Origin: a virus
IMG/VR virus record: IMGVR_UViG_3300022699_000224
Location: 25,486 to 89,485 of that record
Length of the DNA: 64,000 bases
Reading direction: 5' to 3' (one strand)
Part shown: positions 60,022 through 64,000 of the stretch, one piece after another
Layout of the letters: every line of letters starts with the position of its first letter
Position numbering within the stretch: the first letter of the stretch is position 1
Program-made: the position numbers and the translations under genes
Notes under the pieces: generated by a model
Database searches by the model: none
Told to the model about the DNA's origin: nothing
What the model saw: the letters and a program-made list of their open reading frames with translations, nothing else

Positions 60022-60678
60022 CTAAATATTATTATCAGTAAATTTTTTTTCTAACCAAGAAACATAATCGGTAGGAGTTCCTAAAATTTTTGCTATATCT
60101 TCCTTTGTTATCTTATTTTCTTTATATAATTTCCAAAGATGTTTATTAAATAAAATTCTGTCTTTAAAAAAACTTTCTTTTCCTTCTTTATATTTATCAG
60201 TTCTTATATTCAAAAAAAATATTTTTGAACAGAATGGACAAGTAACTTCTCTACTGCCCTGATTTTCTTCTTTCCATATATCAAACTTTTTCTTTAAATC
60301 TTGAAGATAATCATAATTATCTTCTTTTTTGTCTATATATAAACCTAATTTATCTTGTAATTTATAAATTTCATCTAAATTAGTATTTAAAGCATCTAAT
60401 ATTTTGTTAGGAACAATATCAGAATAACTAACTCTTATACTTTTTTCTTTTTGTTTTTTATGTAAACTTTCCTGAAAATCTGCTATTGCTTGTTTATATC
60501 TATTATGATAAATTTCTCTACATACTAATTCTTCCAATAAATATAAATCAGCTAAAGATTCAAAATGATGTTGCTTTAAATATTGTTTAAATCTCTTTTT
60601 AGCTTTATTTTTTTCATTCCTATCTAAACCTATACCTTGAAATTTATATTTTTTTCTATTATTCCGTTTATTTGTCAT
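60022..60678 (-). CDS. putative terminase small subunit
   Basis: Directly upstream of TerL; coiled coil, CPFC and a C-terminal HTH-like DIAKILGT...YV. Confidence 0.5.
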   Translation of the reverse strand: MTNKRNNRKKYKFQGIGLDRNEKNKAKKRFKQYLKQHHFESLADLYLLEELVCREIYHNRYKQAIADFQESLHKKQKEKSIRVSYSDIVPNKILDALNTNLDEIYKLQDKLGLYIDKKEDNYDYLQDLKKKFDIWKEENQGSREVTCPFCSKIFFLNIRTDKYKEGKESFFKDRILFNKHLWKLYKENKITKEDIAKILGTPTDYVSWLEKKFTDNNI

Positions 60679-60783
60679 AAATACCCTTACATAAAAAAAA
60701 GAGAGATTTTACACTCTCTTGGTAATTATTTTATACTTTCATAAATATATAATTTTGACTCATATTATTAACCCTCTACTATA

Positions 60784-60812
60784 AGTATAACATATAAGTA
60801 TCCTATATACAA
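60784..60812 (-). promoter_or_regulatory. sigma70-type promoter for the morphogenesis operon
   Basis: TTGTAT-N17-TATACT with extended TG. Confidence 0.65.
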
Positions 60813-61566
60813 GCTAAGAATGACATTTTTATCAAAAAAACTATATACTTTTTCTAAAAATATTAAATAATTTACCTAAATAACTGGTATTAAATAAGTT
60901 ACATAAAAAACTCTATTTTTGGCTACCAAATTTCACATATTCGTATAAAAGTAACGTAGTATCCATTAAGAAAGCGATTCCTTTTACTTATCTTATAGTA
61001 ACCATAAAAAATAAACCTATATAAATTATAAATATATACTAAAATTTGCTAATATTTACCCTATAAGACAGCATTATTTATTATTGATAATCCTTATTTA
61101 TTATATGTTATTTACCCTTATTTTACGTCAAATATTGTCGTTTTTTGCAGTTTCTTGCGTTTTATTGTTAATAGTTGAGTGTTATATAGGGCTTTTTTAG
61201 CCATTTGCTAAATTGAACCCATAGCCCTTATTTTTATAAACTGTTGTTATACAACAACTTACGTATTATTAGGAGTGTTTACATTAACTAATGGAAAAAT
61301 CTAAAATAGTTTATTGATATTTAGCTTATCAAGATACGATTTTTACTTTTACACTGTTATTAATAATTTTATCTATCCTTTTATTATACTTACTTTATAA
61401 ACTATTATTCTTTATACTGTAATAATTATTTATTATTTTTGTTTAGGTTTATTTTATAGCATTTTATTAGTATTTAGATATTTTTATAGGTTATTTTTAT
61501 GTAACTTGTTTATTATCAATAATTTAGGTAAATTATCATAAAAATTAAGTTTTTTATGTATCTGCC

Positions 61567-61595
61567 TTGATATTAAGAGTTATTTATGTTATACT
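61567..61595 (+). promoter_or_regulatory. sigma70-type promoter
   Basis: TTGATA-N17-TATACT with extended TG, followed by an AGGAG RBS and an ORF. Confidence 0.7.
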
Positions 61596-61623
61596 TATTA
61601 ATGTAATTAAGGAGTGATTAAAA

Positions 61624-61764
61624 ATGTTAGAGTTAAAAATTAAAAAATTAGATTGTCAGATTAAAGATTTACCTTTTAAGGTTAATCAAGAGGGTAAATT
61701 TTTAAAGGAAAGTATAAAATTAGATATTAAGGACTTAATAGACTTTGATAATTATTTTAAATAA
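61624..61764 (+). CDS. small early protein (46 aa; not in ORF track)
   Basis: MLELKIKKLDCQ...; AAGGAGTG RBS; promoter directly upstream. Confidence 0.55.
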   Translation: MLELKIKKLDCQIKDLPFKVNQEGKFLKESIKLDIKDLIDFDNYFK

Positions 61765-61769
61765 AAGAA

Positions 61770-61825
61770 GGGGAGGCAAGTCTTATCGGCTTTTTGTGAC
61801 TGTAAGTATAGGTAAGGCGCTCCCC
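61770..61825 (+). other. GC-clamped hairpin
   Basis: GGGGAG/CTCCCC and GTCTTATC/GGTAAGGC stems. Confidence 0.45.
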
Positions 61826-61973
61826 TAAACTAAGAATTTAATAATAAATAATTATAAACAAAAATGAATTTTATTATAAATTGTTTATTATCAATAAATT
61901 ATGTTAATTTAAGCCGATTATTGACTATTATAATTATTAACCTAAATGTTATATAAATAAGGAGTAATTAAAA

Positions 61974-62111
61974 ATGGCTAAGAAAATAGAACAATTTATA
62001 TTTAAAGGCGATATAGTTATAATTAATTATAATAATGGTAGAATAAAAATCGTTAACAATAAAAGGAAAAATAAAAATGTTGACACCAGATTATCAAAAA
62101 AAATATTCTAA
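61974..62111 (+). CDS. small early protein (45 aa; not in ORF track)
   Basis: MAKKIEQFIFKG...; AAGGAG RBS. Confidence 0.5.
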   Translation: MAKKIEQFIFKGDIVIINYNNGRIKIVNNKRKNKNVDTRLSKKIF

Positions 62112-62295
62112 ACAAGTTAATGTTAGATATTACAAACATTATAAAAATAAAAGTATTATTATAGTTACGTTATTTAAAGATATATTTAAGATACATAAAC
62201 GTTATTTATGCCAAAACTATACAAAAGTATATAGCTATAAGCAAAAAAATAAATTTATTCTTAAAGCTGATTATAAAAAGGAGATTATAAAATGA
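62077..62295 (+). CDS. hypothetical early protein
   Basis: ORF track; AGGA RBS. Confidence 0.5.
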   Translation: MLTPDYQKKYSKQVNVRYYKHYKNKSIIIVTLFKDIFKIHKRYLCQNYTKVYSYKQKNKFILKADYKKEIIK

Positions 62296-62675
62296 ATATT
62301 AAAATATACTTACCTGCTAATAAAAATACTAATATTAAGGGATTATGGCTTAATAATCAAGGTAAAATTATAAGCGATAATATTAGAGTATTAAATAAAA
62401 ATAATATATGCATTGATGATGTTAATATATTTATAGAAAAAATAAAAGAAAAATATAATCAAGAGGCAATATTTTATAAAGAGGTATTGACAAGAGGATA
62501 TATTCATTATAACGTTAATAAAATTGATATTTTAGAGGGATTAAAAGAAAAAATAATACATAAAGGCAATTATAGCGAATTAAAATTTTATGTAAAGTAT
62601 TATCTAAAAAAATATAGAGGCATAACTATATTTAAATTAGATAATCGTTATTTACTTGAGGCATGGCATAAATGA
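62292..62675 (+). CDS. hypothetical early protein
   Basis: AGGAG RBS; ATGA overlap. Confidence 0.6.
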   Translation: MNIKIYLPANKNTNIKGLWLNNQGKIISDNIRVLNKNNICIDDVNIFIEKIKEKYNQEAIFYKEVLTRGYIHYNVNKIDILEGLKEKIIHKGNYSELKFYVKYYLKKYRGITIFKLDNRYLLEAWHK

Positions 62676-63046
62676 ATAAAAATATTAAATTATATCATTA
62701 TAGCAATGCAAATATTAAAGATAAAATAAAAGTTGCTTATTATGGCAATAATTATTTTACTGTTAATGATACTAAAGTAACTAATATTAAACGTAGCTTT
62801 TTTTATATCAAACCTAAGCCAGAATATTTATTATCAGCAAGTAAATATCGTTATAGCTTAAATTTTAACTTGTCTAAGTTGTATAATTTAACTAAGGACT
62901 GTAAACCTTATTTACGTAATAAGAGTATAACTCAAGCATTAAGTATAATTAAACGTAAATATAAAGGCGTTATTTATAAAATAGGCAATAGATATATAGT
63001 AAATTTATTTATTGATGTTAAATATATTCAAAAAGAGATATTATAA
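62672..63046 (+). CDS. hypothetical early protein
   Basis: ATGA overlap; LYHYS N-terminus. Confidence 0.6.
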   Translation: MNKNIKLYHYSNANIKDKIKVAYYGNNYFTVNDTKVTNIKRSFFYIKPKPEYLLSASKYRYSLNFNLSKLYNLTKDCKPYLRNKSITQALSIIKRKYKGVIYKIGNRYIVNLFIDVKYIQKEIL

Positions 63047-63228
63047 AATAAGAGTATATAAAAAAAGTGAGGTGATATAAAATGTATAAATTGACTAATA
63101 GATTAAAAAAAGAGGTTGCTACATTTGCCAAAGGGAGTATATATAGATTAAATGAGAAGACAGCTTTAATATAAAAAATTATTTTTTATAACTCATTGAA
63201 ATAAAAGGACTTAGAATAAAAAATAAAT

Positions 63229-63257
63229 TTGACATTTACTCTAAAATATGTTATACT
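63229..63257 (+). promoter_or_regulatory. near-consensus sigma70 promoter
   Basis: TTGACA-N17-TATACT with extended TG and an A-rich UP element. Confidence 0.8.
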
Positions 63258-63286
63258 TTAAATAAGAATAATAAAAGGAGGTGAAA

Positions 63287-63439
63287 ATGAAAAATAGAAC
63301 CTTAATTAGAGGTAATTGTGAATATTGTGGCAAATGGTATATCTATATAGACAAAATAAATAAAGACGGAAATGTAAAATGTAGGCATTGTAAGAAAAAA
63401 TCTATGAATTGGTCAGATAGTTTATGTAAAAGTTTTTAA
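63287..63439 (+). CDS. small zinc-ribbon protein (50 aa; not in ORF track)
   Basis: AAGGAGGTG RBS; CEYC...CRHC. Confidence 0.65.
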   Translation: MKNRTLIRGNCEYCGKWYIYIDKINKDGNVKCRHCKKKSMNWSDSLCKSF

Positions 63440-63453
63440 CAAAAGAGGTTAAA

Positions 63454-63627
63454 ATGAATACGTCTATATTAAATATAAAAGAAACAATTACAGAATTAAA
63501 GCATTTATCTTGTAAATTTAGGGATAAGACTTCAGTATATTATACATCAGAATGTTCGGCTATATTTTATACTGCTGTTGCCAATGCAATTAAATATCTT
63601 TTAAAAGATGTAAACCCGAAAATTTAA
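63454..63627 (+). CDS. small hypothetical protein (57 aa; not in ORF track)
   Basis: GAGG RBS; open frame. Confidence 0.5.
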   Translation: MNTSILNIKETITELKHLSCKFRDKTSVYYTSECSAIFYTAVANAIKYLLKDVNPKI

Positions 63628-63640
63628 AAACAAATTAATA

Positions 63641-63649
63641 TGTTATACT
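63641..63649 (+). promoter_or_regulatory. extended -10 promoter element
   Basis: TGTTATACT, identical to the other promoters; no good -35. Confidence 0.5.
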
Positions 63650-63674
63650 TATAATAGAGATATAAGAGGATTAT

Positions 63675-63869
63675 ATGAGAAGAAAAAAAAGTTATAAAAA
63701 ATTAAAAAGAAATATAGCAAAGACTTATAGACGTAAAAGCAAAAAAAATCCTAACTATGTATATTTAATATGTAGCAAATGCGGTAAAAGTAGATATATT
63801 AGAACTAATAATAAAAAATTATATACAAAAGAAATAAGAAAAAATAATATATGTATTTTCTGTAAATAA
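63675..63869 (+). CDS. basic zinc-finger protein
   Basis: CSKC...CIFC; GAGG RBS. Confidence 0.6.
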   Translation: MRRKKSYKKLKRNIAKTYRRKSKKNPNYVYLICSKCGKSRYIRTNNKKLYTKEIRKNNICIFCK

Positions 63870-63889
63870 TTATATAGGAGAAATAAAAA

Positions 63890-64000
63890 ATGAAAAAGAA
63901 TATTTATTTATTAGATGATAATTTAAAATGGCAGTGTTATAAGTATAATGAAATAAATGAATTAAATAATAGATTAGAAAAAAATAATATTATATTAGGT
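63890..64000 (+). CDS. hypothetical protein, 3' truncated by window
   Basis: AGGAG RBS; MKKNIYLLDD... open to the window end. Confidence 0.45.
   Translation, partial: MKKNIYLLDDNLKWQCYKYNEINELNNRLEKNNIILG

Larger units (their letters stand above)
60877..63213. repeat. five dispersed 25-bp quasi-palindromic sites (TAA..TT[G/T]......AA...TTA)
   Basis: Copies at 60877-60901, 61237-61261, 61502-61526, 61877-61901 and 63189-63213. Confidence 0.6.

Noticed and set aside
60680-62000. CRISPR array or iteron array in the non-coding region
   Set aside because: The repeats are degenerate and irregularly spaced, with no repeat-spacer periodicity.
1-64000. Stop-codon reassignment
   Set aside because: Genes are full length and tightly packed under code 11, with TAA, TAG and TGA all used as stops.

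Overview
This window is a very AT-rich (by eye about 20-25% GC) segment of a large tailed dsDNA phage genome using the standard genetic code. It has three blocks. (1) Positions 1-29132, + strand: recombination and replication genes (RecA/UvsX C-terminus, RNA ligase, PNK-like kinase, family B DNA polymerase, Mre11/Rad50-like pair, MazG-like), then a roughly 15 kb surface-modification cluster (HxGH nucleotidyltransferase, APS kinase, nucleotide-sugar dehydrogenase, epimerase, several glycosyltransferases, four sulfotransferase-like genes, NadE). (2) Positions 29125-60678, - strand: a siphovirus-like morphogenesis operon (terminase, portal-ChaB, protease/scaffold, capsid, neck, tail tube, intein-containing tape measure, tail tip). 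(3) Positions 60680-64000: a divergent control region with sigma70-type promoters, repeated 25-bp operator-like sites and small early ORFs. The main observation is in the DNA polymerase ORF. It reads in frame through a complete, non-canonical tRNA-Gly(ACC)-like cloverleaf (7611-7685) into a DUF4338/DruA-like domain that I infer is Mom/GNAT-related, suggesting a polymerase-coupled, glycyl-tRNA-dependent DNA modification system. A homolog of the PVC-superphylum small basic protein points to a PVC host. All family calls come from motif recognition by eye, with no database searches.
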